Source: an uncultured Bacilli bacterium
GTDB taxonomy: Bacteria; Bacillota_I; Bacilli_A; RF39; UBA660
Length of the DNA: 64,000 nt
Assembly: GCA_934129945.1 (NCBI GenBank)
Contig: CAKOXC010000002.1
Location: forward strand, 157,664 to 221,663
Direction: 5' to 3'
In this document: positions 36,861-46,877 of the stretch, one piece after another
How positions within the stretch are numbered: position 1 is the first letter of the stretch
Layout: every line of letters begins with the position of its first letter
Notes under the pieces: model-generated
Databases searched by the model: none
Told to the model about the DNA's origin: nothing
The model's input: the letters and a program-made list of their open reading frames with translations, nothing else
Program-made: the position numbers and the translations under genes

Positions 36861-37180
36861 TTATTTTTTCAATCCTGAATTATTTAAAAAATCTTTAAAT
36901 TCATTATATGATGCAAATCCAACCCATCCTTGAATCATTTTTCCAGATTTTAAAGTTAAAACCACTGGCGTTGAGCCGTATGTCTTTTCTAAAAATCCTT
37001 CTTTTTCATATTTCATTAAAATATTTTCGCATCTTCACTATCAAGCTCGCTTATATCTAAATAATTTGTTTTATAACCATAATCATTTTGAGCTTGCTTT
37101 AATATTGGTAAAAAATTAATACAATTTTGGTTAGAACTGTCACCAATAAAAACAACTTGGGTTTTTGAATTAAAATTCAT
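36861..37180 (-). pseudogene. thioredoxin-fold protein gene disrupted by a 1-nt frameshift in an A-run
   Basis: Frame 1 reads MNFNSKTQVVFIGDSSNQNCINFLPILKQAQNDYGYKTNYLDISELDSEDAKIF then stop. The next frame continues NILMKYEKEGFLEKTYGSTPVVLTLKSGKMIQGWVGFASYNEFKDFLNNSGLKK. The junction is at GCGAAAATATTTTAATG near 37020-37035. Neither half appears in the ORF track. Confidence 0.55.
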
Positions 37181-37237
37181 CTAATAAATTTAAAATTAAT
37201 GAAAAATAATGATTGTTTTAGTTATATTATTATTAAT

Positions 37238-37271
37238 AATACCTCGGCTTTTAAAGCGCGAGGTATTTTAT
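37238..37271 (-). terminator. hairpin terminator after the giant surface-protein gene
   Basis: AATACCTCG-loop-CGAGGTATT, a 9-bp perfect stem with a GC core, in AT-rich flanks 40 nt after the stop. Confidence 0.6.
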
Positions 37272-37310
37272 TAAAATTGATTATTAATTTGTCTCAATTC
37301 CTTACAAATT

Positions 37311-40300
37311 TTAATTTGTAGCTTTAATAGCTGTCGTAACTTTAATTGACCCTCTACAACCATTTCTAGTATGTTGACAAATCAGATTTAATTTAGTTTG
37401 TTTTTTTGCTGTTGCTGTAAGAGTATAAGAAATCGAATATGCCCCAGATTTCCATGTTCCCCATGCTGGTACTGTATAAGAATTTCCAGAAATTTTTACA
37501 TTACAGTTATTACTGCTAGCTGTTCCTGTTCCTAGACAAACTGAACAACTTACTCCATTTTCATATTGGCATCCTTTACTATCTCCAATTGTATATTTTC
37601 CAGTTATCTTTGTATATCCTGATAATGAAATACTTGCAGTTTTTACTATGTATGGAGTATTTACATTTGTATTTTCAGTCCAATTTCCAGTCGATAAAAG
37701 GTTTTTAGCACACGCTGCTGTTGCTGAACAACTTTTACTACATGAAACTGAAGAACTACCACAACTAGAGCCGTCTACAGTACTTTTATAATATACGGTT
37801 TGCGTTCCAGTTTTAGTTGATGCCGCATTACCGCAGGCAGTTGGGCAAGTAGCACTACACGAACTTCTTGAAGACTCAGTTTTTCCTCCACAACCTTGAC
37901 TGTAATGATTATTAACTGTTGCTGTTGCACTACCGCAATCTAAATTATTATATTTTGACGTATATTTATCAGTTCTAATAGCATTTTTATACTGTGTTCC
38001 ACCGCCACAAACATTATTACATGCTGTCCAATTTCCTGTTTGAGCATAGGTTGATGTTGTATTATAATTTCCAGCTGAACAATATCCTACATTATTAATA
38101 GAACTAACTGATGAACACGACGTATTTCCCGCATTACTAGTTATACATTTTTTCATATAATAAGTTGTTGCTGTTTTTGTTGCTGTTACTGTTGCTACAC
38201 AATTATTGCTAGATAATGTAGCGGCAGTTGATGGTGCATTTGTAGTTCCAAAATAACAATTTGTTGACTTAATACCACTTATAGCTGCTCCAGATGAATA
38301 TGCTCCTGTTATGGTAGCATATGAGCTAGATGATGATGATAAAGATGGTATTGTTAATGTTTTTTCTACATATACATTTGCCGTCCTTGCAGAACAACCT
38401 GTTGTATTTCCAGCATTATCTTTTATTGTGTATGCCGCTATTGATGCAGTTGATGTATTTGCATTAAAAGTTTTTGATGCCCCTGTATAACCACTCATAC
38501 ATCCTGATAATGCATCATTACATCCCCATGTTATCGTTCTATCAGCTTTTGTCCACGTTGTTGAATCTCCACTATTTGTACATGTTGGTGCCGTTTTATC
38601 TATTTTCAAATGAATAGTATTTGAAGCACTACTTGTAAGACCTGAATTACTTATTGCTTTGAAGAATACATAAGTTTCTCCTTCTTTTGATATATTTTGG
38701 GCATTTCTTAACCATGAAGAACTACTTATGGTTCTTCCTTCATTTTTACCACTGTTATTATAATGTGAAACTAGCTTTGTCACATTTCCATTAAATGCAT
38801 TTATTAAATCACTATAAGTTTGATGATAATATGCAACATCCATTCCACTTACTGAAACTCCGTCGGTATTATTATCTAAATCATTCCATGTACATCCAGA
38901 AGTTGTATTACTTGTATTTGTACAATATTGATATTTCTTTATTCCACTTGTCGCTGTACTATTTGTTGTATTCCATACAATCTGATTGTAATTTTGCCAT
39001 TCTCCTGATCCACCAGCTATAACAGGTGCTGTCGGAGCCACTGAATCGACTTTAGATACTGTTGCACTACAATTTTTAATTCTTCCAACTTTATCTTTTA
39101 CATAAGCTGTATATGTTCCATTTGCTGTTATTGTTTTGGTTTGCGTACTTCCATATGTTGTTCCATCCCACGAATAACTTGCTACTCCTGACTGACTATC
39201 TGTTCCACTTACTGTTAATATTGCACTTGTTGTCCAAGATGTTGGTAATCCTGTTATTGTACATGTTGGTTTTTCCGTATCTATTTTTGTTACATTTGCA
39301 CTACATGTATTTGTATTTCCAGCTTTATCCGTCACTGTTGCACTTACACTTCCATTTGATGTTACTGTTTTACTTGCTGATGTTGTTCCTGTAAATACTA
39401 CTGATGATACCCCACTATGACTATCTGATCCAGTTGCTTTTAATGTTGCACTTGTTGTCCAACTTGTTGGATTACCACTTATACTACATGTTGGGGCTAT
39501 ATTATCTAAATTAAATACATTACTTCTTGTTATTGTTTGATTTCCAGCATTATCTGTTGCTAGTATCCATAAATAATATGACCCTGTCCCATCAGATTTT
39601 GTTATTGTACTTCCGTTTGTAAATGAAGTTGTAAAAGTACTTGCAGTTGGAGCGGTTGTACTTGTTGTCCATTGATATTTTAAAATAGAAATACCAGATA
39701 GATTATCTGTTACTGTTACTTTTGTACTTTGACTCTTTGCATATGTACTATTTCCATTTGTTCCAAATGCCACTGTAGGTTTTGTTGTATCTATCTTATT
39801 TACATTTATTGTTGCAACCTTTTTATTTCCTACTGTATCTTCAGCATAAACTGTATATGTATTATTCTCTGTCACTTTTAATGTATCTGATGTTAATGTT
39901 ATTCCTCCTGTTGTAAAATAACTTTCTGTTTGATTTCCTGTTGCATATTTTACAGTCTTTATTTCCACATTATCTGATTTTGAAATATTTATATTATAGA
40001 AACTATTATTATATAATTGTCCCCATACTTTAAAGTTCCTTATCTTTACTGGCGGTTGTGAATAAGTATTACCAGTTGAAAAAGAAAATTTTAAATATTT
40101 AACATCACTTCCATATCCACTCCAACCGTCCCATGAAAGATTATTTTTCCATTCATTAAGTGTAAAGGAAGGTGCATTACCATTTGCACTATAACCATTT
40201 TGACTTTTTATACCATTTTTATTTACATCAAAATATGATGAATTTGACAAAATTCCGCCAGTTCCATCATCATTAGCTTTTGTTGTTGTATAAGCATCGT

Positions 40301-43300
40301 ATAAAACATGCCAGTACTCTCCATTTACCGCATAATAATTTGAAGTAGCTGATCCAGATTGACTTAATGTTAAAATACCATTGCCAACACTTCCTCCTGT
40401 TGGTAGACTCCAATTATCAAATCCTTCTTGATATGTTTCTTTTGTTAATGAAAGAGTTGGTGCTGTCTTATCAACATATACATTTGCTGTTCTTTGTTGG
40501 CATGTTGTTTCATTACCAGCATTATCTTTTATTGTATATGATGCTATTGTTACTGTTTTTGTACTTGTTGTATATGTTTGTGATCCTCCTGTGTATCCTG
40601 TTTTACATCCTGATAATGTATCACTACATCCCCATGTTATTGTTCTATTTCCACTTGTCCATGTTGTTGAGTCTCCACTATTTGTACATGTTGGTTTTGT
40701 CTTATCTATCTTTATAACTGCACTTGTTTCTTCTGATATATTTCCTGCTTTATCTATTGCTCTAAATCTTACTGTTTCATTTCTCTCTGCAGTATATGTT
40801 ATTGATGTTACACCACCAGTCGTTGTCATCGCTCTTGTTGTCCAACCACTTTCGTACCATTCATAGTGATCTATTCCACTTCCTGTATCTGTTGATGATA
40901 ACTCTACATATACACTATTATTCGTCCATGTTCCACTTGTATATGCACTTCCTGATGCATTATTTAATTTGAGTGTTATATTTGGTTTTGTTGGAGATGT
41001 ATTATCTACTCCACTTATTGTTAAGGAACTTCCTTGTTTATAGTTTATTCCATCTGCTGTTTTTGCTATTAATGTTCCATTACTTGTATATGTTAATGTC
41101 GGATTGTTTGCTGCTTTATACCATGTATTCTCTTTTAAGGTACTTCCTACTGGTAGTATTGTTGTACTACATGTATATTCTCCATTATTACTTACTGTTC
41201 CACAATCTATTAATTCTATATTGCTTGTTGCACTACCAGTTGTTTTTAATAAGTATGCTCCCTCTCCTTTATATGTTATTGTTGTTGTTTTACTCTTTGC
41301 ATATCCACTTGCTACTGTATATGTTGGTATTTCTAGTTCATTTGGTGTCTCTGTTCCACTTATCTCTTTTGTTAATGATGCATTATTTGTACACACTAGT
41401 TTATATGTATGATTTTTTGATTCTACATTTTCATATGTATAATCTTTTGTATTGTCTTTTATTTCATATGTTGCTTTTTTTGTTCCATCTAAATAGAATT
41501 CATATCTTTTTATTCCGGATTCATTATCTGTACATGTTCCAGTTACTGTTATACTTTTTGATGTTTTTGCTTTTGTTTTTATTGTTGCTATTGGTTCTGT
41601 TGTATCTATATTTGTTACTTCTTTACTACATTTTCCAATATTTCCTGCTTTATCTTTTATGTATGCTATATATGTATCATTATTATTTATTGTTTTAGTA
41701 TTTGTTGTAGTATAGTTTTCTCCATCAAAAGAATATGTACTTATTCCACTATGACCATCTGTTGCTGTTATTTTTAGTGTTGCACTTGATGTCCAACTTG
41801 TTGGTGTTACATCCATTATACATGTTGGATTTGTATTATCTAATTTGAATGCATTACTTTTTGTTATTATTTGGTTTCCAGCATTATCTATTGCTAGTAT
41901 CCATAAGTAATAATCCCCTGTTCCATCAGATTTTGTTAATGTATCACCACTTGCAAAAGTATTTGTAAAAGTACTTACAGCTGGTTGGTTTGTTGAGTTT
42001 GTCCATTGATATTTTAGTGTTGATATTCCTGATTGAGTATCTGTTACTGTTACTTTTGTGCTTTGACTCTTTGCATATGTGTTATTTCCATTTGTTTCAA
42101 ATGTAACAGTTGGTTTTGTTTTATCTATTTTATCAATATCTAGACTACAATTTGCAGTATTACCCAATTTATCTTTTGTATATGCTGTATATTTACCATT
42201 TGCAGTTATTTCTTTTGTTTGGTTACTTCCATATGTTGTTCCATCCCATGAATATGTTACTCCACCACTATGTTCATCTGTTCCCACTACTTTTAGTGTA
42301 ACATTACCATTTGTATAATTTGTTATATTCCCTTCTATATTACATGTTGGTGGAGTTGTATCTACATATACATTAATTGTTTTTGAACATGTTGTTGTAT
42401 TTCCTGCATTATCACTTATTGTATATGATACTTCATCCGTTACTTTTGTTTCTTTATAATTCCATGTTTTAGAGTTTGTTGTATTTAAACATCCACTTTC
42501 TTGATCTTTACATGTTACTGTTATATCGGCACTTGTTCTATATGTTGTTGACTCACCACTCCAGTTACAACTTGGAGCATTATTATCTAATTTAAATGTA
42601 TTACTTTTGATTATTATTTGGTTTCCTGCATTATCTATTGCTAGTATCCATAAGTAATAATCCCCTGTTCCATCAGATTTTGTTAATGTATCACCACTTG
42701 CAAAAGTATTTGTAAAAGTACTTACAGCTGGTTGGTTTGTTGAGTTTGTCCATTGATATTTTAAAGTAGAAACTCCTGATAAATTATCTGTTACTGTTAC
42801 TTTTGTACCTTGACTTTTTGCATATGTGTTATTTCCATTTGTTTCAAATGTTACAGTTGGTTTTTCATTATCAACATTTATTATTTCTATTTCTTCTGTT
42901 TCTTTTTCATTTATTGTATCATTTACTTTTGCTTTTATTGTTCCATTTGTTTTATATGTTAATTCTAGATCTTCTTCTGTTTTATGCCATGATGTTGTAT
43001 CTAATTTTGTTCCAGCTTTAATTAATTCTGTACATTTCATTTCTTCTGTACATTTATACAAATCTTTATTTGCTGTTACAGTTCCTGTTAATAATAAATA
43101 TTTATTTCCTTCACCAGGATATTTTACTATTACTTTCTTTTCTTGTTCATAGTTATCATTTTTCTCTATTGTTGGTATTACTAATACATTTGGTGTTTCT
43201 TTTATTTCACTATTGCTTATTACATCAAAGTTATTTGTACATACTAATTTTAATTCATATTCTTTTTCATTTAAGTTATCATATGTATATTTATAACTTT

Positions 43301-44354
43301 TTTCTTTTGTTTCTATTTCTTTTACTAATTCATTATTTTTATAGAAACTGTATTTCTTTATTCCAGATTCTTCGTCTATACAGCTTGCATTTACTGTTAT
43401 ACTCTTTGATGTCTTACTATCTACTGCTATTATTGCTTCTGGTTTTGTATCTTTTACCTCTTTTGTATTTATTTCTATTTTTGTTTTAAATTCTTTTTCA
43501 TTTTCACTTTCTTTATTTACTATTAATTTATAATTATCTGTTTCTCCACTTTTTAGACTTTGGTTATAGTATATATATGTTAATTCTCCAGTTTTTGGCA
43601 CTTCAGCTTCTTTTACTTTTTCACCATTTTTTTCTAATGTATAATTCAATTCATTTGCTTCATACGTATTAGTTAAATTACTTAAATTTATACTATAATT
43701 TATTGTTTTTTTTACATCAGCATTTCTTACTCTAAATTCTTTTATTACTTCATTATTTTTTATTTCTTCGTTTGTTATTTCTTCACTATCTTCATATGTT
43801 TTTATTAATGGTTCTTTTTCTTTTTCTAAATCTATTTCTACTGTTCCACTAAATGTATCATTTTTATCTACTATTTGTAATTCATTTTCTAAATTCTTAT
43901 ATGTTATTGTTAATATATATTCCCTTTTTTCTCCAGGGTTTATTTTTATATTTTCTAATATGTATTCTTCAATACTTGTTTTTGGTAATGGTGTTTCTTT
44001 TACTATTTCTTCTCCATTACATTTTAATGTATATACCATATCTTTTTTATATGTTTTTACTATATCTTTAAATTTTATATTATATGTTAATGTTTCATCG
44101 GCATCACTTGTTACTGTAAATGTTTTTTCTAAACTCTTTCCTGGTAACATATCTAATACATTTACTTCTTTTGTATCATCAAATACTAATGCTATTTTTT
44201 TTGACTTTAATATTGTTTCGGTTTCATTATTTTCTTTTGTTTTTCCACGGTAAAAAGAATGAGCATAATTTATACTTATTACTGATACTAAAATAAGTAA
44301 ACTAATAGCAATTATTATCTTAATTTTATTTAGTTTTGCTTTCATGCTCATCAT
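37311..44354 (-). CDS. 2347-aa N-terminally anchored surface protein: 2 TasA-like modules, many Ig-like repeats, a lectin/CBM-like insert and a Cys-rich C-terminal region
   Basis: Single uninterrupted ORF with signal-anchor IIIAISLLILVSVISINYAHSFY. Recurrent D-x-x-SG[IV]...Y and D-[NK]-AGN motifs are typical of bacterial Ig-like adhesin domains. No LPXTG or choline-binding tail. The C-terminal ~230 aa is rich in Cys. Confidence 0.9.
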   Translation of the reverse strand: MMSMKAKLNKIKIIIAISLLILVSVISINYAHSFYRGKTKENNETETILKSKKIALVFDDTKEVNVLDMLPGKSLEKTFTVTSDADETLTYNIKFKDIVKTYKKDMVYTLKCNGEEIVKETPLPKTSIEEYILENIKINPGEKREYILTITYKNLENELQIVDKNDTFSGTVEIDLEKEKEPLIKTYEDSEEITNEEIKNNEVIKEFRVRNADVKKTINYSINLSNLTNTYEANELNYTLEKNGEKVKEAEVPKTGELTYIYYNQSLKSGETDNYKLIVNKESENEKEFKTKIEINTKEVKDTKPEAIIAVDSKTSKSITVNASCIDEESGIKKYSFYKNNELVKEIETKEKSYKYTYDNLNEKEYELKLVCTNNFDVISNSEIKETPNVLVIPTIEKNDNYEQEKKVIVKYPGEGNKYLLLTGTVTANKDLYKCTEEMKCTELIKAGTKLDTTSWHKTEEDLELTYKTNGTIKAKVNDTINEKETEEIEIINVDNEKPTVTFETNGNNTYAKSQGTKVTVTDNLSGVSTLKYQWTNSTNQPAVSTFTNTFASGDTLTKSDGTGDYYLWILAIDNAGNQIIIKSNTFKLDNNAPSCNWSGESTTYRTSADITVTCKDQESGCLNTTNSKTWNYKETKVTDEVSYTISDNAGNTTTCSKTINVYVDTTPPTCNIEGNITNYTNGNVTLKVVGTDEHSGGVTYSWDGTTYGSNQTKEITANGKYTAYTKDKLGNTANCSLDIDKIDKTKPTVTFETNGNNTYAKSQSTKVTVTDTQSGISTLKYQWTNSTNQPAVSTFTNTFASGDTLTKSDGTGDYYLWILAIDNAGNQIITKSNAFKLDNTNPTCIMDVTPTSWTSSATLKITATDGHSGISTYSFDGENYTTTNTKTINNNDTYIAYIKDKAGNIGKCSKEVTNIDTTEPIATIKTKAKTSKSITVTGTCTDNESGIKRYEFYLDGTKKATYEIKDNTKDYTYENVESKNHTYKLVCTNNASLTKEISGTETPNELEIPTYTVASGYAKSKTTTITYKGEGAYLLKTTGSATSNIELIDCGTVSNNGEYTCSTTILPVGSTLKENTWYKAANNPTLTYTSNGTLIAKTADGINYKQGSSLTISGVDNTSPTKPNITLKLNNASGSAYTSGTWTNNSVYVELSSTDTGSGIDHYEWYESGWTTRAMTTTGGVTSITYTAERNETVRFRAIDKAGNISEETSAVIKIDKTKPTCTNSGDSTTWTSGNRTITWGCSDTLSGCKTGYTGGSQTYTTSTKTVTIASYTIKDNAGNETTCQQRTANVYVDKTAPTLSLTKETYQEGFDNWSLPTGGSVGNGILTLSQSGSATSNYYAVNGEYWHVLYDAYTTTKANDDGTGGILSNSSYFDVNKNGIKSQNGYSANGNAPSFTLNEWKNNLSWDGWSGYGSDVKYLKFSFSTGNTYSQPPVKIRNFKVWGQLYNNSFYNINISKSDNVEIKTVKYATGNQTESYFTTGGITLTSDTLKVTENNTYTVYAEDTVGNKKVATINVNKIDTTKPTVAFGTNGNSTYAKSQSTKVTVTDNLSGISILKYQWTTSTTAPTASTFTTSFTNGSTITKSDGTGSYYLWILATDNAGNQTITRSNVFNLDNIAPTCSISGNPTSWTTSATLKATGSDSHSGVSSVVFTGTTSASKTVTSNGSVSATVTDKAGNTNTCSANVTKIDTEKPTCTITGLPTSWTTSAILTVSGTDSQSGVASYSWDGTTYGSTQTKTITANGTYTAYVKDKVGRIKNCSATVSKVDSVAPTAPVIAGGSGEWQNYNQIVWNTTNSTATSGIKKYQYCTNTSNTTSGCTWNDLDNNTDGVSVSGMDVAYYHQTYSDLINAFNGNVTKLVSHYNNSGKNEGRTISSSSWLRNAQNISKEGETYVFFKAISNSGLTSSASNTIHLKIDKTAPTCTNSGDSTTWTKADRTITWGCNDALSGCMSGYTGASKTFNANTSTASIAAYTIKDNAGNTTGCSARTANVYVEKTLTIPSLSSSSSSYATITGAYSSGAAISGIKSTNCYFGTTNAPSTAATLSSNNCVATVTATKTATTYYMKKCITSNAGNTSCSSVSSINNVGYCSAGNYNTTSTYAQTGNWTACNNVCGGGTQYKNAIRTDKYTSKYNNLDCGSATATVNNHYSQGCGGKTESSRSSCSATCPTACGNAASTKTGTQTVYYKSTVDGSSCGSSSVSCSKSCSATAACAKNLLSTGNWTENTNVNTPYIVKTASISLSGYTKITGKYTIGDSKGCQYENGVSCSVCLGTGTASSNNCNVKISGNSYTVPAWGTWKSGAYSISYTLTATAKKQTKLNLICQHTRNGCRGSIKVTTAIKATN
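41820..42866 (-). repeat. two near-identical ~300-bp intragenic direct repeats, 747 bp apart (third diverged copy at about 39480-39785)
   Basis: Segment 41820-42119 versus 42567-42866 has long runs of perfect identity. They encode KPTVTFETNGNNTYAKSQ.TKVTVTD..SG[VI]STLKYQWTNSTNQPAVSTFTNTFASGDTLTKSDGTGDYYLWILAIDNAGNQII. Confidence 0.85.
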
Positions 44355-44381
44355 CTTCTACTTTCTATTTTCTCTGTATTA

Positions 44382-44410
44382 ATTATAACTTTTTTAATTA
44401 TTTAAATCAA
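44382..44410 (-). promoter_or_regulatory. promoter of the giant surface-protein gene
   Basis: TTGATT (44405-44410), 17-nt spacer, TATAAT (44382-44387). Confidence 0.65.
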
Positions 44411-44411
44411 T

Positions 44412-44438
44412 AAAAAAAGCATTGTTTAACCCAATACT
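44412..44438 (-). terminator. intrinsic terminator after pbpB
   Basis: Minus strand has AGTATTG-ggttaaa-CAATGCT followed by a T7 run, directly after the stop. Confidence 0.6.
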
Positions 44439-46559
44439 TTAATTACTTAATGTTATTTCTAATGTATTTTCAAAATTTATATTTTCACCAGGTTTTATAC
44501 TTACTTCACTTACATTTCCATAGCCATTAATATTATAGTTTAACTTAATTAATTTACAGAATGTTTTTATATCATTACTACTCCATCCCATTACATCTGG
44601 CATGGTAAAATTAGTTCCATCAGTAAGTAAGAAAACTTTAGTTCCATAAGTAACTGATTTATTTTTTAAAGGATATTGATTTATAATATGTTTACCATCT
44701 CCAAGAACTATTACTTTTAACCCTTTTTTATCTAATAAATCAGTAGTTAAAATAGTTTCTTTAGAAATATAATTAGACAATTTTATTATTTTAGTTTCAT
44801 CTATATCGCTCTTTGTTTCAACTAGATTTTTATATTTAGCAATCTCTTCAATTGAGTTAGAAATCATATCAGCAATATCTTTAGTTTCACCAACTAATTG
44901 TTTTACAGAAACATAGATAACATATTCTGGATTTTCGTAAGGAAATAATCCAGCAAAAGATTTAATATAGTCATAATTTCCGGTTAAATAACCACCATTA
45001 GGTGATGCTATTTGAGCGGTTCCTGTTTTACCAATAACTGTAACATTATCTGCGGCATAGTTTTTTGAAGAAGCAAGGCCATCGTAAACAACATTATACA
45101 TTAAATTTTTTACTTGATTAATTGTATCTGTACTTGCTACTGTATTCAATTCGGTTCTTTTTCCTTCATAAACTGTATTTCCTTTAGAATTAACAATTTT
45201 ACTAACTATATATGGTTTTAATACGGTTCCATTATTAGCAATCGAAGATAATGCTTGTAAATTTTGAATCGGAGTTGTTGTTACACCTTGCCCGAAAGAG
45301 GCATTTGCAAGTTCACTCTCATAATTAAAGTTTATTTTACCAGGTAATTCACCAGGAAGCTCAATTCCTGTATTTTTGCCAAATCCTAAATTTTCATAAA
45401 AAGTTTTTAATTTTTTTGTACCAAGTTTTTGAGCAAGTAATGTTGCAGCAACATTTGATGAATAAGCAAAACCTTTATTATAAGTAATTCTACCCCATCC
45501 AACATTATTAAAGTCTTTTATAACTGTTCCATCACTTAGCTTTATAGTACCTGAATCATATGTATCTTCACCATTATATAAGCCATTTTCTATAGCTGCC
45601 ATAAAAGAAAATATTTTCATAGTAGATCCTGGTTCATAAGTATAAGATGTTAAAGGATTTAAATAAGATTCAATATTATCCAGTGTATTTAAATTAAAAT
45701 TTGGTGTTGATGCTGATGCCACTATTGCACCAGTTTTTGCCTCCATTACACTGAAAGTTATCCACTTAAGATCATGTTTTTCTGCCAAACTATAAACTGC
45801 ATTTTCAGCTATTAATTGAATATTATTATCAATAGTTAAATAAATATCATTACCATCTTCTGCTTCTTCAATTAATACTGGATGTTTACTATTATCTGGA
45901 AGCTGATAACCATATGCATCTTGTTGATATGTCTTCTTACCATCTTTTCCTTTTAGTTTGTCATTATAATATTTTTCAATACCCATTTCACCAGTTATTT
46001 CTTCATTATCATTAGGTCTTGCATATCCAATTATATAAGATGCAAAATTACCCATTTTATAATATCTTTTAGTTGAAGCAACAAAATCAATACCTGGCAA
46101 ATTTAATTTTTCTATTTCTTTTTTAGTAAGTTCTGTTATTCCTCTACCACCAGGACCAAGTTCAACCTGGTACAAATCTTTATTTAAAAGATTTAATATT
46201 TGTTCTTTTGTCATATTTATTAAAGGAGCCAATTCTTCGGCAGTTTTATCTTTATCAACAACATGTTTCGGATTATTTTCATTAGTTGTTCTTGTACTAG
46301 ATAAGTATGCAATAACTGTATAAGAGTTTACGTTTTGAGCTAATACCTCACCATAGTAATCATAAATAGTACCTCTTTTTGCTGGCAGAGTTTCACTTAC
46401 TGTATTTCTACTATTAGCAAAAGCGGTTAAATCAGTACCATCGACATTTTTTGCAAGAACAACATAACAAAGTTTTCCAATAGCAACGCACAATAAAAGA
46501 GAAACACATAAAAGCGTAAATTTTAAATTTATTTTTGCTTTGTTTCTCCTTTTTTTCAT
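44439..46559 (-). CDS. pbpB: class B penicillin-binding protein (PBP2B/FtsI type) with two C-terminal PASTA domains
   Basis: N-terminal TM helix, STMK, SSN and KTGTA transpeptidase motifs. Position after ftsL in the dcw cluster. Confidence 0.92.
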   Translation of the reverse strand: MKKRRNKAKINLKFTLLCVSLLLCVAIGKLCYVVLAKNVDGTDLTAFANSRNTVSETLPAKRGTIYDYYGEVLAQNVNSYTVIAYLSSTRTTNENNPKHVVDKDKTAEELAPLINMTKEQILNLLNKDLYQVELGPGGRGITELTKKEIEKLNLPGIDFVASTKRYYKMGNFASYIIGYARPNDNEEITGEMGIEKYYNDKLKGKDGKKTYQQDAYGYQLPDNSKHPVLIEEAEDGNDIYLTIDNNIQLIAENAVYSLAEKHDLKWITFSVMEAKTGAIVASASTPNFNLNTLDNIESYLNPLTSYTYEPGSTMKIFSFMAAIENGLYNGEDTYDSGTIKLSDGTVIKDFNNVGWGRITYNKGFAYSSNVAATLLAQKLGTKKLKTFYENLGFGKNTGIELPGELPGKINFNYESELANASFGQGVTTTPIQNLQALSSIANNGTVLKPYIVSKIVNSKGNTVYEGKRTELNTVASTDTINQVKNLMYNVVYDGLASSKNYAADNVTVIGKTGTAQIASPNGGYLTGNYDYIKSFAGLFPYENPEYVIYVSVKQLVGETKDIADMISNSIEEIAKYKNLVETKSDIDETKIIKLSNYISKETILTTDLLDKKGLKVIVLGDGKHIINQYPLKNKSVTYGTKVFLLTDGTNFTMPDVMGWSSNDIKTFCKLIKLNYNINGYGNVSEVSIKPGENINFENTLEITLSN

Positions 46560-46571
46560 AATATCATTCCT

Positions 46572-46877
46572 TTATTCTGCTGTTATTAATTTAATATTAT
46601 CATTATTATAAGATAATCCTAGCTCATTTGCAACGGCTTGAATTTTATCTAATGAAGCAAGTTCATTAATTTGCATATTTAAACTATCATTGATTCCAAC
46701 TTGTTCATTTATTTTGTTTTCTAATTTTTCTACTTCAATATTTGATTCAGATAATAAAGCTTTAGAAAAAACATTTGCTATAGGTATTAAAACAGCTACA
46801 AATATTATTAATCCATATATTAATTTTTCTATTCTTAAAACCTTTACTTTTTTTTCTTTCTTTATCATTCTAATCAA
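46572..46877 (-). CDS. ftsL: cell division protein FtsL
   Basis: Small bitopic protein (TM segment LIYGLIIFVAVLIPIANVF plus a coiled coil) between rsmH and pbpB. The start may instead be the internal ATG at 46868. Confidence 0.75.
   Translation of the reverse strand: MIRMIKKEKKVKVLRIEKLIYGLIIFVAVLIPIANVFSKALLSESNIEVEKLENKINEQVGINDSLNMQINELASLDKIQAVANELGLSYNNDNIKLITAE

Noticed and set aside
38795-44253. A dozen plus-strand ORFs (63-241 aa, L/F/Y/H-rich) inside the giant gene
   Set aside because: They are antisense read-throughs of a T/S/N/G-rich repetitive coding region. They show low complexity, no SD and mutual overlaps, and the minus-strand 2347-aa ORF explains the whole interval.
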